From Eledone cirrhosa (lineage: Eukaryota), in contig OZ024753.1 of assembly GCA_964016885.1 (NCBI GenBank), forward strand, positions 23,560,001 to 23,624,000: a stretch of 64,000 nt of DNA. The letters run 5' to 3'. Below the pieces are notes generated by a model. The model ran no database searches, had not been told where the DNA came from, and saw only the letters and a program-made list of their open reading frames with translations. The translations under genes and the position numbers were made by a program. This document shows positions 39,436 to 55,200 of this stretch, piece by piece. The first letter of the stretch is position 1, and every line of letters begins with the position of its first letter.

Positions 39436-42400
39436 CAGAGATTGCTAGGTTAATGGGTAAAGGTGAGAAACTTGATGACAGAGATTGCTAGGTTAATGGG
39501 TAAAGGTAAGAAAATGGATGACAGAGATTGCTAGGCTAATGGGTAAAGGTGAGAAAATGGATGACAGAGATTCCTAGGTTAATGGGTAAATGTTAGAAAA
39601 TGGATGACAGAGATTGCTAGGTTAATGGGTAAATGTTAGAAAATGGATGACAGAGATTGGTAGGTTAATGGGTAAAGGTGAGACAATGGTTGACAAAAAT
39701 TGCTTCGTTAATGGGTAAAGGTGAGTAACTGGAAGACAGAGATTGCTAGGTTAATGGTTAAAAGTGAGTAAATGGAAGACATAGATTGCTAGGTTAACCG
39801 GTAAAGGTGGGAAATTGGGTGACAGGGATTGCGAGTTCAATGGGTAAATGTGAGAAAATGGATGACAGAGATTGCTAGGTTAATGGGTAAAGGTGAGAAA
39901 TTTGATGACAGAGATTGCTAGGTTAATGGATAAAGGTGAGAAAATGGATGACAGAGATTGCTAGGTTAATGGTTAAAGCTGATAATATGGATGACAGAGA
40001 TTGCTAGCTTAATGGGTAAACCTGCGAAAATGGATGACAGAGATTGCTAGGTTAATGGGTAAAGGTTAGGAAATGGATGACAGAGATTGCTAGGTTAATG
40101 GGTAAAAGTGAGAAATTGGATGACAGAGATTGGTAGGTTAATGGGTAAAGGTGAGACGTTGGATGTCAGAGATTGCTTGGTTAATGGGTAAAGGTGAGAA
40201 AATGGATGACAGATATTGCTAGGTTAATGGGTAAAAGTGAGAAATTGGATGACAGAGATTGGTAGGTTAATGGGTAAAGGTGAGACAATGGATGACAGAG
40301 ATTGCTAGGTTAATGGGTAAATGTAAGAAAATGGATGACAGAGATTGGTAGGTTAATGGGTAAAGGTGAGACAATGGATGACAGAGATTGCTAGGTTAAC
40401 GGGTAATGTTGCGAAAATGGATGACAGTGATTGCTAGGTTAATGGGTAAAGGATAGAAAATGGATGACAGAGATTGCTAGGTTAATGGGTAAAATGAGAA
40501 ATTGGATGACAGAGTTTGCTAGGGGAATGTGTAAATGTGAGAAAATGGATGACAGAGATTGCTAGGTAAATGGGTAAAGGTGAGAAAATGGATGACAGAT
40601 ATTGCTAGGTTAATGGGTAAAGGTGAGAAAATGGATGACAGAGATTGCTAGGTTAACGGGTAAAGGTGAGAAAATGGATGACAGAGATCGCTAGGTTAAT
40701 GCTTAAAGGTGAGAAAATGGATGACAGAGATTGCTAGGTTAATGGGTAAAAATGAGAAACTGGATGACAGAGATTGCTAGGTTAATGGGTAAAGGTGAGA
40801 AAATGGATGACAGGGATTGCTAGCTTAATGGGTAGAGGTGAGAAATTGGTTGATAGTGATTGCTAGGTTAATGGGTAAATGTGAGAAAATGGATGACAGA
40901 GATTGCTAGGTTAAAGGGTAAAGGTGAGTAACTGGATGACAGAGATCGCTAGGTTAATGGGTAAAAGCTAGTAAATGGATTACGGAGGTTGCTAGGTTAT
41001 TGGGTAAAAGTGAGTAAATGGATGACAGAGATCGCTAGGTTAATTGGTAAAAGTGAGTAAATGGATGACAGAGATTGCTAGGTTAATGTGTAAAGGTGAG
41101 CAAATGGATGAGAGAGTTTGGTAGGTTAATCGGTAAAGGTGGCAAATTGGATGACAGAGATTGCTAGTTCAATGGGTAAAGGTGAGAAAATGGATGGCAG
41201 ATATCGCTAGGTTAATGGGTAAAGGTGAGAAATTTGATGACAGAGATTGCTAGGTTAATGGGTAAAGGTAAGAAAATAGATGACAGAGATTGCTAGGTTA
41301 ATGTGTAAATGTTAGAAAATGGATGACAGAGATTGGTAGGTTAATGGGTAAAGGTGAGACAATGGATGACAGAGATTGGTAGGTTAATGGGTAAAGATGA
41401 GTAACTGGATGACAGAGATTGCTAGGTTAATGGGTAAAAGTGAGTAAATGGATTACAGAGGTTGCTAGGTTATTGGGTAAAATTGAGTAAATGGATGACA
41501 CAGATTGCTAGGTTAATGGGTAAAAGTGAGTAAATGGATGACAGAGATTGCTAGGTTAATGGGTAAAGGTGAGAAAATGGATGAGAGATTGCTATGTTAA
41601 TGGGTAAGGGTAAGAAAATGGATGACAGAGATTGCTAGGTTAATGGGTAAGGGTGAAAAAATGGATGAGAGAGTTTGGTAGGTTAATCGGTAAAGGTGGG
41701 AAATTGGATGACAGAGATTGCTAGTTCAATGGGTAAAGGTGAGAAAATGGATGGCAGAGATCGCTAGGTTAATGGTGTAAAGGTGAGAAATTTGATGACA
41801 GAGATTGCTAGGTTAATGGGTAAAGGTAAGAAAATGGATGACAGAGATTACTAGGCTAATGGGTAAAGGTGAGAAAATGGATGACAGAGATTCCTAGGTT
41901 AATGGGTAAATGTTAGAAAATGGATGACAGAGATTGCTAGGTTAATGGGTAAATGTTAGAAAATGGATGACAGAGATTGATAGGTTAATGGGTAAAGCTG
42001 AGACAATGGTTGACAGAGATTGCTTTGTTAATGGGTAAAGGTGAGTAACAGGATGACAGAGATTGCTAGGTTAATGGTTAAAAGTGAGTAAATGGAAGAC
42101 AGAGATTGCTAGGTTAATCGGTAAAGGTGGGAAATTGGGTCACAGAGATTGCTAGTTCAATGGGTAAATGTGAGAATATGGATGACAGAGATTGCTAGCT
42201 TAATGGGTAAACCTGCGAAACGGATGACAGAGATTGCTAGGTTAATGGGTAAAGGTTAGGAAATGGATGACAGAGATTGCTAAGTTAATCGGTAAAAGTG
42301 AGAAATTGGATGACAGAGATTGGTAGGTTAATGGGTAAAGGTGAGACATTGGATGACAGAGATTGCTTGGTTAATGGGTAAAGGTGAGAAATTTTTGATG

Positions 42401-45400
42401 ACAGAGATTGCTAGGTTAATGGGTAAAGGTAAGAAAATGGATGACAGAGATTGCTAGGCTAATGGGTAAAGGTGAGAAAATGGATGACAGAGATTCCTAG
42501 GTTAATGGGTAAATGTTAGAAAATGGATGACAGAGATTGCTAGGTTAATGGGTAAATGTTAGAAAATGGATGACAGAGATTGGTAGGTTAATGGGTAAAG
42601 GTGAGACAATGGATGACAGACATTGCTTGCATAATGGGTAAAGGTGAGAAAATGGATGACAGAGATTACTAGGTTAATGGTTAAAAGTGAGTAAATGGAT
42701 GACAGAGATTGCTAGGTTAATCGGTAAAGGTGGGAAATTGGGTGACAGGGATTGCTAGTTCAATGGGTAAATGTGAGAAAATGGATGACAGAGATTGCTA
42801 GGTTAATGGGTAAAGGTGAGAAATTTGATGACAGAGATTGCTAGGTTAATGGGTAAAAGTGAGAAATTGGATGACAGAGATTGGTAGGTTAATGGGTAAA
42901 GGTGAGACGTTGGATGACAGAGATTGCTTGGTTAATGGGTAAAGGTGAGAAAATGGATGACAGATATTGCTTGGTTAATGGGTAAAAGTGAGAAATTGGA
43001 TGACAGAGATTGGTAGGTTAATGGGTAAAGGTGAGACAATGGATGACAGAGATTGCTAGGTAAATGGGTAAAGCTGAATATTTGGATGACAGAGATTGCT
43101 AGGTTAATGGGTAATGTTGCGAAAATGGATGACAGTGATTGCTAGGTTAATGGGTAAAGGTTAGAAAATGGATGACAGAGATTGCTAGGTTAATGGGTAA
43201 AATGAGAAATTGGATGACATAGTTTGCTAGGGGAATGGGTAAAGGTGAGAAAATGGATGACAGAGATTGCTAGGTTAATGGGTAAAGGTGAGAAAATGGA
43301 TGACAGATATTGCTAGGTTAATGGGTAAAGGTGAGAAAATGGATGACAGAGATTGCTAGGTTAACGGGTAAAGGTGAGAAAATGGATGACAGAGATCGCT
43401 AGGTTAATGGTTAAAGGTGAGAAAATGGATGACAGAGATTGCTAGGTTAATGGGTAAAAATGAGAAGCTGGATGACAGAGATTGCTAGGTTAATGGGTAA
43501 AGGTGAGAAAATGGATGACAGAGATTGCTAGCTTAATGGGTAGAGGTGAGAAATTGGTTGATAGTGATTGCTAGGTTAATGGGTAAATGTGAGAAAATGG
43601 ATGACAGAGATTGCTAGGTTAAAGGGTAAAGGTGAGTAACTGGATGACAGAGATCGCTAGGTTAATGGGTAAAAGCTAGTAAATGGATTACGGAGTTTGC
43701 TAGGTTATTGGGTAAAAGTGAGTAAATGGATGACAGAGATTGCTAGGTTAATTGGTAAAAGTGAGTAAATGGATGACAGAGATTGCTAGGTTAATGGGTA
43801 AAGGTGCGAAAATGGATGAGAGAGTTTGGTAGGTTAATCGGCAAAGGTGGGAAATTGGATGACAGAGATTGCTAGTTCAATGGGTAAAGGTGAGAAAATG
43901 GATGGCAGATATCGCTAGGTTAATGGGTAAATGTTAGAAAATGGATGACAGACATTGGTAGGTTAATGGGTAAAGGTGAGACAATGGATGACAGAGATTG
44001 GTAGGTTAATGGGTAAAGGTGAGTAACTGGATGACAGAGATTGCTAGGTTAATGGGTAAAAGTGAGTAAATGGATTACAGAGGTTGCTAGGTTATTGGGT
44101 AAAAGTGAGTAAATGGATGACAGAGATTGATAGGTTAATGGGTAAAAGTGAGTAAATGGATGACAGAGATTGCTAGGTTAATGGGTAAAGGTGAGAAAAT
44201 GGATGACAGAGATTGCTATGTTAATGGGTAAGGGTAAGAAAATGGATGACATAGATTGCTAGGTTAATGGGTAAGGGTGAGAAAATGGATGAGAGAGTTT
44301 GGTAGGTTAATCGGTAAAGGTGGGAAATTGGATGACAGAGATTGCTAGTTCAATGGGTAAAGGTGAAAAAATGGATGGCAGAGATCGCTAGGTTAATGGG
44401 TAAAGGTGAGAAATTTGATGACAGAGATTGCTAGGTTAATGGGTAAAGGTAAGACAATGGATGAGAGAGATTGCTAGGCTAATGGGTAAAGGTGAGAAAA
44501 TGGATGACAGAGATTCCTAGGTTAATGGGTAAATGTTAGAAAATGGATGACAGAGATTGCTAGGTTAATGGGTAAATGTTAGAAAATGGATGACAGAGAT
44601 TGGTAGGTTAATGGGTAAAGGTGAGACAATGGTTGAGAGAGATTGCTTTGTTAATGGGTAAAGGTGAGTAACAGGATGACAGAGATTGCTAGGTTAATGG
44701 TTAAAAGTGAGTAAATGGAAGACAGAGATTGCTAGGTTAATCGGTAAAGGTGGGAAATTGGGTCACACAGATTGCTAGTTCAATGGGTAAATGTGAGAAA
44801 ATGGATGACAGAGATTTCTAGGTTAATGGGTAAAGGTTAGGAAATGGATGACAGAGATTGCTAGGTTAATCGGTAAAAGTGAGAAATTGGATGACAGAGA
44901 TTGTTAGGTTAATGGGTAAAGGTGAGACATTGGATGACAGAGATTGCTTGGTTAATGGGTAAAGGTGAGAAAATGGATGACAGATATTGCTAGGTTAATG
45001 GGTAAAAGTGAGAAATTGGATGACAGAGATTGGTAGGTTAATGGGTAAAGGTGAGACAATGGATGACAGAGATTGCTAGGTTAATGGGTAAATGTTAGAA
45101 AATGGATGACAGAGATTGGTAGGTTAATGGGTAAAGGTGAGACAATTGATGACAGAGATTGCTTGGATAATGGGTTAAGGTGAGAAAATGGATGACAGAG
45201 ATTACTAGGTTAATGAGTAAATGTGAGAAAATGGATGACAGAGATTGACAGGTTAATGGGTAAAGGTGAGTAACTGGATGACAGAGATTGCTATGTTAAT
45301 GGGTAAATGTGAGTAACTGGATGACAGTGATTGCTAGGTTAATGGTTAAAAGTGAGACAATGGATGACAGAGATTGCTTGGATAATGGGTAAAAATGAGA

Positions 45401-48400
45401 AACTGTATGACAGAGATTGCTAGGTTAATGGGTAAAGGTGAGAAAATGGATGACAGAGATTGCTAGGTTAATGGGTAGAGGTGAGAAATTGGTTGATAGT
45501 GATTGCTATGTTAATGGGTAAATGTGAGAAAATGGATGACAGAGATTGCTAGGTTAAAGGGTAAAGGTGAGTAACTGGATGACAGAGATTGCTAGGTTAA
45601 TGGGTAAAAGTGAGTAAATGGATTACAGAGGTGGCTAGGTTGATGGGTAAAAGTGAGTAAATGGATGACAGAGATTGCTATGTTAATGGGTAAGGATAAA
45701 AAAATGGATGACAGAGATTGTTAGGTTAATGGGTAAAGGTGAGAAAATAGATGAGAGAGTTTGGTAGGTTAATCGGTAAAGGTGGGAAATTGGATGACAG
45801 AGATTGCTAGTTCAATGGGTAAAGGTGAGAAAATGGATGCCAGAGATCGCTAGGTTAATGGGTAAAGGTGAGAAATTTGATGACAGAGATTGCTAGGTTA
45901 ATAAGTAAAGGTGAGAATATGGATGACAGAGATTGCTAGCTTAATGGGTAAACCTGCGAAAATGGATGACAGAGATTGCTAGGTTAATGGCTACAAGTGA
46001 GAAATTGGATGACAGAGATTGGTAGGTTAATGGGTAAAGGTGAGACATTGGATGACAGAGATTGCTTGGTTAATGGGTAAATGTTAGAAAATGGATGACA
46101 GAGATTGGGAGATTAACGGGTAAAGGTGAGACAATGGATGACAGAGATTGCTTGGTTAATGGGTAAATGTTAGAAAATGGATGACAGAGATTGCTAGGTT
46201 AATGGGTAAAGGTGAGAAAATGGATGACAGAGATTGATAGGTTAATGGGTAAAGTGGGAAGATGGATTACAGAGATTGCTAGGTTAATGGGTAAACGTGA
46301 CAAAATGGATGGCAGAGATTGCTAGGTTAATGGGTTAAGGTGAGAAAATGGATGACAGAGATTGTTAGGTTATGGGTAATGGTGAGAAAATGGATGACAG
46401 AGATTGCTAGGTAAATAGGTAAAGGTGAAAAATTGGATGACAGAGATTGCTAGGTTAATGGGTAATGCTGCGAAAATGGATGACAGTGATTGCTAGGTTA
46501 AGGGGTAAAGGTTAGAAAATGGATAACAGATTGCTAGGTTAATGGGTAAAAATGAGAAATTGGATGACAGAGTTTGCTATGGGAATGGGTAAAGGTGAGA
46601 AAATGGATGACAGAGATTGCTTGGTTAATGGGTAAAGGTGAGACAATGGATGACAGAGATTGCTTGGTTAATGGGTAAAGGTGAGTAACTGGATGACAGA
46701 GATTGCTAGGTTAATCGGTAAAGGTGGGAAATTGGATGACAGAGATTGCTTGTTCAATGGGTTAATGTGAGAAAATGGATGACAGAGATTGCTAGGTTAA
46801 TAGGTAAAAGGTAGTAAATGGATTACGGAGGTTGCTAGGTTATTGGGTAAAAGTGAGTAAATGGATGACAGAGTTTGCTAGGTTAATGGGTAAAAGTGAG
46901 TAAATGGATAACAGAGATTGCAAGGCTAATGGGTAAAGGTGAGAAAATGTATGAGAGAGTTTGGTAGGTTAATCGGTAAAGGTGGGAAATTGGATGACAG
47001 AGGTTGCTAGTTCAATGGGTAAAGGTGAGAAAATGGATGGCAGAGATCGCTAGGTTAATGGGTAAAGGTGAGAAATTTGATGACAGAGATTGCTAGGTTA
47101 ATGGGTAGAGGTAAGAAAATGGATGACAGAAATTGGTAGGTTAATGTGTAAAGGTGAGAAAATGGATGACAGAGATTGCTAGGTTAATGGGTATAGGTGA
47201 GAAATTGGTTGATAGTGAGTGCTAGGTTAATGGGTAAATGTGAGAAAATGGATGACAGAGATTGCTAGGTTAAAGGGTAAAGGTGAGTAACTGGATGACA
47301 GAGATTGCTAGGTTAATGGGTAAAAGTGAGTAAATGGATTACATAGGTGGCTAGGTTGATGGGTAAAAGTGAGTAAATGGATGACAGAGATTGCTATGTT
47401 AATGGGTAAGGGTAAGAAAATGGATGACAGAGATTGCTAGGTTAATGGGTAAAGGTGAGAAAATGGATGAGAGAGTTTGGTAGGTTAATCGGTAAAGGTG
47501 GGAAATTGGATGACAGAGATTGCTAGTTCAATGGGTAAAGGTGAGAAAATGGATGGCAGAGATCGCTATGTTAATGGGTAAAGGTGAGAAATTTGATGAC
47601 AGAGATTGCTAGGTTAATGGGTAAAGGTAAGAAAATGGATGACAGAGATTGCTAGGCTAATGGGTAAGGTGAGAAAATGGATGACAGTGATTCCTAGGTT
47701 AATGGGTAAATGTTAGAAAATGGATGACAGAGATTGCTAGGTTAATGGGTAAATGTTAGAAAATGGATGACAGAGATTGGTAGGTTAATGGGTAAAGGTG
47801 AGACAATGGATGATAGGGATTGCTTGGTTCATGGGTAAAGGTGAGTAACTGGATGACAGAGATTGCTAGGTTAATGGTTAAAAGTGAGTAAATGGAAGAC
47901 AGAGATTGCTAGGTTAATCGGTAAAGGTGGGAAATTGGGTGACTGAGATTACTAGTTCAATGGGTAAATGTGAGAAAATGGATGACAGAGATTGCTAGGT
48001 TAATGGGTAAAGGTGAGAATATGGATGACAGAGATTGCTAGCTTAATGGGTAAACCTGCGAAAATGGATGACAGAGATTGCTAGGTTAATGGGTAAAGGT
48101 TAGGAAATGGATGACAGAGATTGCTAGGTTAATGGCTACAAGTGAGAAATTGGATGACAGAGATTGGTAGGTTAATGGGTAAAGGTGAGACAATGGATGA
48201 CAGAGATTGCTTGGTTAATGGGTAAAGGTGAGACAATGGATGACAGAGATTGCTAGGTTAATGGGTAAATGTTAGAAAATGGATGACAGAGATTGCTAGG
48301 TTAATGGGTAAATGTGAGTAAATGGATGACAGAGATTGCTAGGTTAATGGGTAAAGGTGAGAAAATGGATGACAGAGATTGCTAGGTTTATGGGTAAATG

Positions 48401-51400
48401 TTAGAAAATGGATGACAGAGATTGCTAGGTTAATGGGTAAAGGTGAGAAAATGGATGACAGAGATTGATAGGTTAATGGGTAAAGTGGGAAGATGGATGA
48501 CAGAGATTGATAGGTTAATGGGTAAACGTGACAAAATGGATGGCAGAGATTGCTAGGTTAATGGGTTAAGGTGAGAAAATGGATGACATAGATTGTTAGG
48601 TTATGGGTAATGGTGAGAAAATGGATGACAGAGATTGGTAGGTAAATGGGTAAAGGTGAAAAATTGGATGACAGAGATTGCTAGGTTAATGGGTAATGCT
48701 GCGAAAATGGATGACAGTGATTGCTAGGTTAAGGGGTAAAGGTTAGAAAATGGATAACAGAGATTGCTAGGTTAATGGGTAAAAATGAGAAATTGGATGA
48801 CAGAGTTTGCTATGGGAATGGGTAAAGGTGAGAAAATGGATGACAGAGATTGCTAGGTTAATGGGTAAAGGTGAGACAATGGATGACAGAGATTGCTAGG
48901 TTAATGGGTAAAGGTGAGTAACTGGATGACAGAGATTGCTAGGTTAATCGGTAATGGTGGGAAATTGGATGACAGAGATTGCTAGTTCAATGGGTAAATG
49001 TGAGAAAATGGATGACAGAGATTGCTAGGTTAATAGGTAAAAGGTAGTAAATGGATTACGGAGATTGCTAGGTTATTGGGTAAAAGTGAGTAAATGGCTG
49101 ACAGAGATTGCTAGGTTAATGGGTAAAAGTGAGTAAATGGATAACAGAGATTGCAAGGTTAATGGGTAAAGGTGAGAAATTTGATGACAGAGATTGCTAG
49201 GTTAATGGGTAGAGGTAAGAAAATGGGTGACAGAAATTGGTAGGTTAACGTGTAAATGTTAGAATATGGATGACAGAGATTGGAAGGTTAATGGGTAAAG
49301 GTGAGACAATGGATGACAGAGATTGCTTGGATAATGGGTAAAAATGAGAAACTGTATGACAGAGATTGCTAGGTTAATGGGTAAATGTGAGAAAATGGAT
49401 GACAGAGTTTGGTAGGTTAATCGGTAAAGGTGGGAAATTGGATGACAGAGATTGCTAGTACAATGGGTAAAGGTGAGAAAATAGATGACAGTGATTGCTA
49501 GATTAATGGGTAAAGGTGAAAAATTTGATGACAGCGATTCCTAGGTTAATGGGTAAAAGTGAGAAATTTGATGACAGAGATTGCTAGGTTAATTGGTAAA
49601 AGTGAGAAATTGGATGACAGAGATTGGTAGGTTAATGGGTAAAGGTGAGAAAATGGATGACAAAGATTGCTATATTAATGGGTAAAGGTGAGAAAATGGA
49701 TGACAGAGATTGCTAGGTTAATGGGTAAAGGTGAGAAAATGGATGACAGAGTTTAGTTGGTTAATCGGTAAAGGTGGGAAATTGGATGACAGATATCGCT
49801 AGGTTAATGGTTAAAGGTGAGAAAATGGATGACAGTGATTGCTAGGTTAATGGGTAAACTTGTGAAAATGGATGACAGAGATTGCTAGGTTAATGGGTAA
49901 AGGTGAGAAAATGGATGACAGAGATTGCTAGGTTAATGGGTAAAGGTGAGAAAATGGATGACAGAGTTTAGTTGGTTAATCGGTAAAGGTGGGAAATTGG
50001 ATGACAGTGATTGCTAGTTCAATTGGTAAAGGTGAGAAAATGGATGGCAGAGATCGCTAGGTTAATGGGTAAAGGTTAGAAATTTGATGACAGAGATTGC
50101 TAGGTTAATGGGTAAAGGTAAGAAAATGAATGACAGAGATTGGTAGGTTAATGTGTAAATGTTAGTAAATGGATGACAGCGATTGGTAGGTTAATGGGTA
50201 AAGGTGAGACAATGGATGACAGAGATTGCTTGGATAATGGGTAAAAATGAGAAACTGGATGACATAGATTGCTAGGTTAATGGGTAAAGGTGAGAAAATG
50301 GATGACAGAGTTTGCTAGGATAATGGGTAGAGGTGAGAAATTGGTTGATAGTGATTGCTAGGTTAATGGGTAAATGTGAGAAAATGGATGACAGAGATTG
50401 CTTGGTTAAAGGGTAAAGGTGAGTAACTGGATGAGAGAGATTGCTAGGTTAATGGGTAAAAGTGAGTAAATGGATGAAAGAATTGCTAGGGTAATGGGTA
50501 AAGGTGAGAAAATGGATGACAGAGATTGCTATGTTAATGGGTAAGGGTAAGAAAATGGATGACGGAGATTGCTAGGTTAATGGGTAAAGGTGAGAAAATG
50601 GATGACAGACTTTAGTTGGTTAATCGGTAAAGCTGGGAAATTGGATGACAGGGATTGCTAGTTCAATTGGTAAAGGTGAGAAAATGGATGGCAGAGATCG
50701 CTAGGTTAATGGGTAAAGGTGAGAAATTTGATGACAGAGATTGCTAGGTTAATGGGTAAAGGTAAGAAAATGGATGACAGAGATTGGTAGGTTAATGTGT
50801 AAATGTTAGAAAATGGATGACAGCGATTGGTAGGTTAATGGGTAAAGGTGAGACAATGGATGACAGAGATTGCTTGGATAATGGGTAAAGGTGAGACAAT
50901 GGATTACAGAGATTGCTTGGATAATGGGTAAAGGTGAGAAAATGGATGACAGGGATTGCTAGGTTAAACGGTAAAGGTGGGAAATTAGATTACAGAGATT
51001 GCTAGTTCAATGGCTAAATGTGAGAAAATGGATGACAGAGATTGCTAGGTTAAAGGGTAAAGGTGAGTAACTGGATGACAGAGATTGCTAGGTTAAAGGG
51101 TAAAGGTGAGTAACTGGATGCCAGTGATTGCTAGGTTAATGGGGAAAGGTGAGTAAATGGATTACAGAGGTTGCTAGGCTAATGGGTAAAGGTGAGAAAA
51201 TGGATGACAGAGTTTGGTAGGTTTATCGGTAAAGGTGGTAAATTGGATGACAGAGATTGCTAGTACAATGGGTAAAGGTGAGAAAATAGATGACAGTGAT
51301 TGCTAGATTAATGGGTAAAGGTGAAAAATTTGATGATAGCGATTCCTAGGTTAATGGGTAAAAGTGTGAAATTTGATGACAGAGATTGCTAGGTTAATGG

Positions 51401-52209
51401 CTAAAGGTTAGGAAATGGATGACAGAGATTGCTAGGTTAATTGGTGAGAAATTGGATGACAGATATTGGTAGGTTAATGGGTAAAGGTGAGACAATAGAT
51501 GACAGAGATTGTTTGGTTAATGGGTAAAGGTGAGAAAATGGATGACAGAGATTGCTAGGTTAATGGGTAAATGTTAGAAAATGGATGACAAAGATTGCTA
51601 TATTAATGGGTAAAGGTGAGAAAATGGATGACAGAGATTGCTAGGTTAATGGGTAAAGGTGAGAAAATGGATGACAGAGTTTAGTTGGTTAATCGGTAAA
51701 GGTGGGAAATTGGATGACAGAGATCGCTAGGTTAATGGTTAAAGGTGAGAAAATGGATGACAGTGATTGCTAGGTTAATGGGTAAATGTGAGAAAATGGA
51801 TGACAGAGATTGCTTGGTTAAAGGGTAAAGGTGAGTAACTGGATGACAGAGATTGCTAGGTTAATGGGTAAAAGTGAGTAAATGGATGAAAGAATTGCTA
51901 GGTTAATGGGTAAAGGTGAGAAAATGGATGACAGAGATTGCTATGTTAATGGGTAAGGGTAAGAAAATGGATGACAGAGATTGCTAGGTTAATGGGTAAA
52001 GGTGAGAAAATGGATGACAGAGTTTAGTTGGTTAATCGGTAAAGGTGGGAAATTGGATGACAGAGATTGCTAGTTCAATTGGTAAAGGTGAGAAAATGGA
52101 TGGCAGAGATCGCTAGGTTAATGGGTAAAGGTGAGAAATTTGATGACAGAGATTGCTAGGTTAATGGGTAAAGGTAAAAAAATGGATGACAGAGATTGGT
52201 AGGTTAATG

Positions 52210-55200
52210 TGTAAATGTTAGAAAATGGATGACAGCGATTGGTAGGTTAATGGGTAAAGGTGAGACAATGGATGACAGAGATTGCTTGGATAATGGGTAA
52301 AAATGAGAAACTGGATGACATAGATTGCTAGGTTAATGGGTAAAGGTGAGAAAATGGATGACAGAGATTGCTAGGATAATGGGTAGAGGTGAGAAATTGG
52401 TTGATAGTGATTGCTAGGTTAATGGGTAAATGTGAGAAAATGGATGACAGAGATTGCTAGGTTAAAGGGTAAAGGTGAGTAACTGGATGACAGAGATTGC
52501 TAGTTCAATGGGTAAAAGTGAGTAAATGGATTACAGATGTTGCTAGGTTGTTGGGTAAAAGTGAGTAAATGGATGACAGAGATTGCTAGGTTAATGGGTA
52601 AAAGTGAGTAAATGGATGACAGAGATTGCTAGGTTAATGGGTAAATGTTAGAAAATGGATGACAGTGATTGCTAGGTTAATGGGTAAAGGTGTGAAAATG
52701 GATGACAGAGATTGGTAGCTAAATGGGTAAAGGTGAAAAATTGGGTGACAGAGATTGCTAGGTTAATGGGTAAAGGTGAGAAAATGGATGACAGAGATCG
52801 CTAGGTTAATGGTTAAAGGTGAGAAAATGGATGACAGAGATCGCTAGGTTAATGGTCAAAGGTGAGAAAATGGATGACAGTGATTGCTAGGTTAATGGGT
52901 AAAGGTGTGAAAATGGATGAGAGAGATTGATAGTTTAATGGGTAAAGGTGAGAAAATGGATGACAGAGATTGCTAGGTAAATGGGTAAAAATGAGAAACT
53001 GGATGACAGAGATTGCTAGGTTAATGGGTAAAGGTGAGAAAATGGATGACAGAGATTGCTAGGTTAATGGGTAGAGGTGAGAAATTGGTTGATAGTGATT
53101 GCTAGGTTAATGGGTAAATGTGAGAAAATGGATGACAGAGATTGCTAGGTTAAAGGGTAAAGGTGAGTAACTGGATGACAGAGATTGCTAGGTTAATGGG
53201 TAAAAGTGAGTAAATGGATGACAGAGATTGCTATGTTAATGGGTAAGGGTAAGAAATTTGATGACAGAGATTGCGAGGTTAATGGGTAAAGGTGAGAAAT
53301 TTGATGGCAGAGATTGCTAGGTTAATGGGTAAAGGTGAGAAAATGGATGAGAGAGTTTGGTAGGTTAATCGGTAAAGGTAGGAAATTGGATGACAGAGAT
53401 TGCTAGTTCAATGGGTAAAGGTGAGAAAATGGATGGCAGAGATCGCTAGGTTAATGGGTAAAGGTGAGAAATTGGATGGCAGAGATTGCTAGGTTAATGG
53501 GTAAAGGTAAGAAAATGGATGACAGAGATTGGTAGGTTAATGTGTAAATGTTAGAAAATGGATGACAGAGATTGCTTGGATAATGGGTAAAAATGAGAAA
53601 CTGGATGACAGAGATTGCTAGGTTAATGGGTAAAGGTGAGAAAATGGATGACAGAGATTGCTAGGTTAATGGGTAAAGGTGTGAAAATGGATGACAGAGA
53701 TTGATAGGTTAATGGGTAAAGGTGAGAAAATGGATGAGAGAGATTGCTAGGTTAATGGGTAAAAATGAGAAACTGGATGACAGAGATTGCTAGGTTAATG
53801 CGTAAAGGTGAGGAAATGGATGACAGAGATTGCTAGGTTAATGGGTATAGGCGAGAAATTGGTTGATAGTGATTGCTAGATTATTGGGTAAATGTGAGAA
53901 AATGGATGACAGAGATTGCTAGGTTAAAGGTTAAAGGTGAGTAACTGGATGACAGAGATTGCTAGGTTAATGGGTAAAAGTGAGTAAATGGATTACGGAT
54001 GTTGCTAGGTTATTGGGTAAAAGTGAGTAAATGGATGACAGATATTGCTAGGTTAATGGTTAAAAGTTAGTAAATGGATGACAGAATTGCTAGGTTAATG
54101 GGTAAAGGTGAGAAAATGGATGACAGAGATTGCTATGTTAATGGGTAAGGGTAAGAAAATGGATGACAGTGATTGCTAGGTTAATGGGTAAAGGTGAGAA
54201 AATGGATGAGAGAGTTTGGTAGGTTAATCGGTAAAGGTAGGAAATTGGATGACAGAGATTGCTAGTTCAATGGGTAAAGGTGAGAATATGGATGGCAGAG
54301 ATCGCTAGGTTAATGGGTAAAGGTGAGAAATTTGATGGCAGTGATTGCTAGGTTAATGGGTAAAGGTAAGAAAATGGATGACAGAGATTGGTAGGTTAAT
54401 GTGTAAATGTTAGAAAATGGATGACAGAGATTGGTAGGTTAATGGGTAAAGGTGAGACAATGGATGACAGAGATTGCTTGGATAATGGGTAAAAATGAGA
54501 AACTGGATGACAGAGATTGCTAGGTTAATGGGTAAAGGTGCGAAAATGGATGACAGAGATTGCTAGGTTAATGGGTAGAGGTGAGAAATTGGTTGATAGT
54601 GATTGCTAGGTTAATGGGTAAATGTGAGAAAATGGATGACAGAGATTGCTAGGTTAAAGGGTAAAGGTGAGTAACTGGATGACAGAGATTGCTAGGTTAA
54701 TGGGTAAAAGTGAGTAAATGGATTACAGAGGTTGCTAGGTTATTGGGTAAAAGTGAGTAAATGGATGACAGAGATTGCTAGGTTAATGGGTAAAAGTGAG
54801 TAAATGGTTGACAGAGATTGCTAGGTTAATGGGTAAAGGTGAGAAAATGGATGACAGAGATTGGTATGTTAATGGGTAAGGGTAAGAAAATGGATGCCAG
54901 AGATTGCTAGGCTAATGGGTAACGGTGAGAAAATGGATGACAGTGATTCCTAGGTTAATGGGTAAATGTTAGAAAATGGATGACAGAGATTGCTAGGTTA
55001 ATGGGTAAATGTTAGAAAATGGATGACAGCGATTGGTAGGTTAATGGGTAAAGGTGAGACAATGGATGACAGAGATTGCTTGGATAATGGGTAAAAATGA
55101 GAAACTGGATGACATAGATTGCTAGGTTAATGGGTAAAGGTGAGAAAATGGATGACAGAGATTGCTAGGATAATGGGTAGAGGTGAGAAATTGGTTGATA

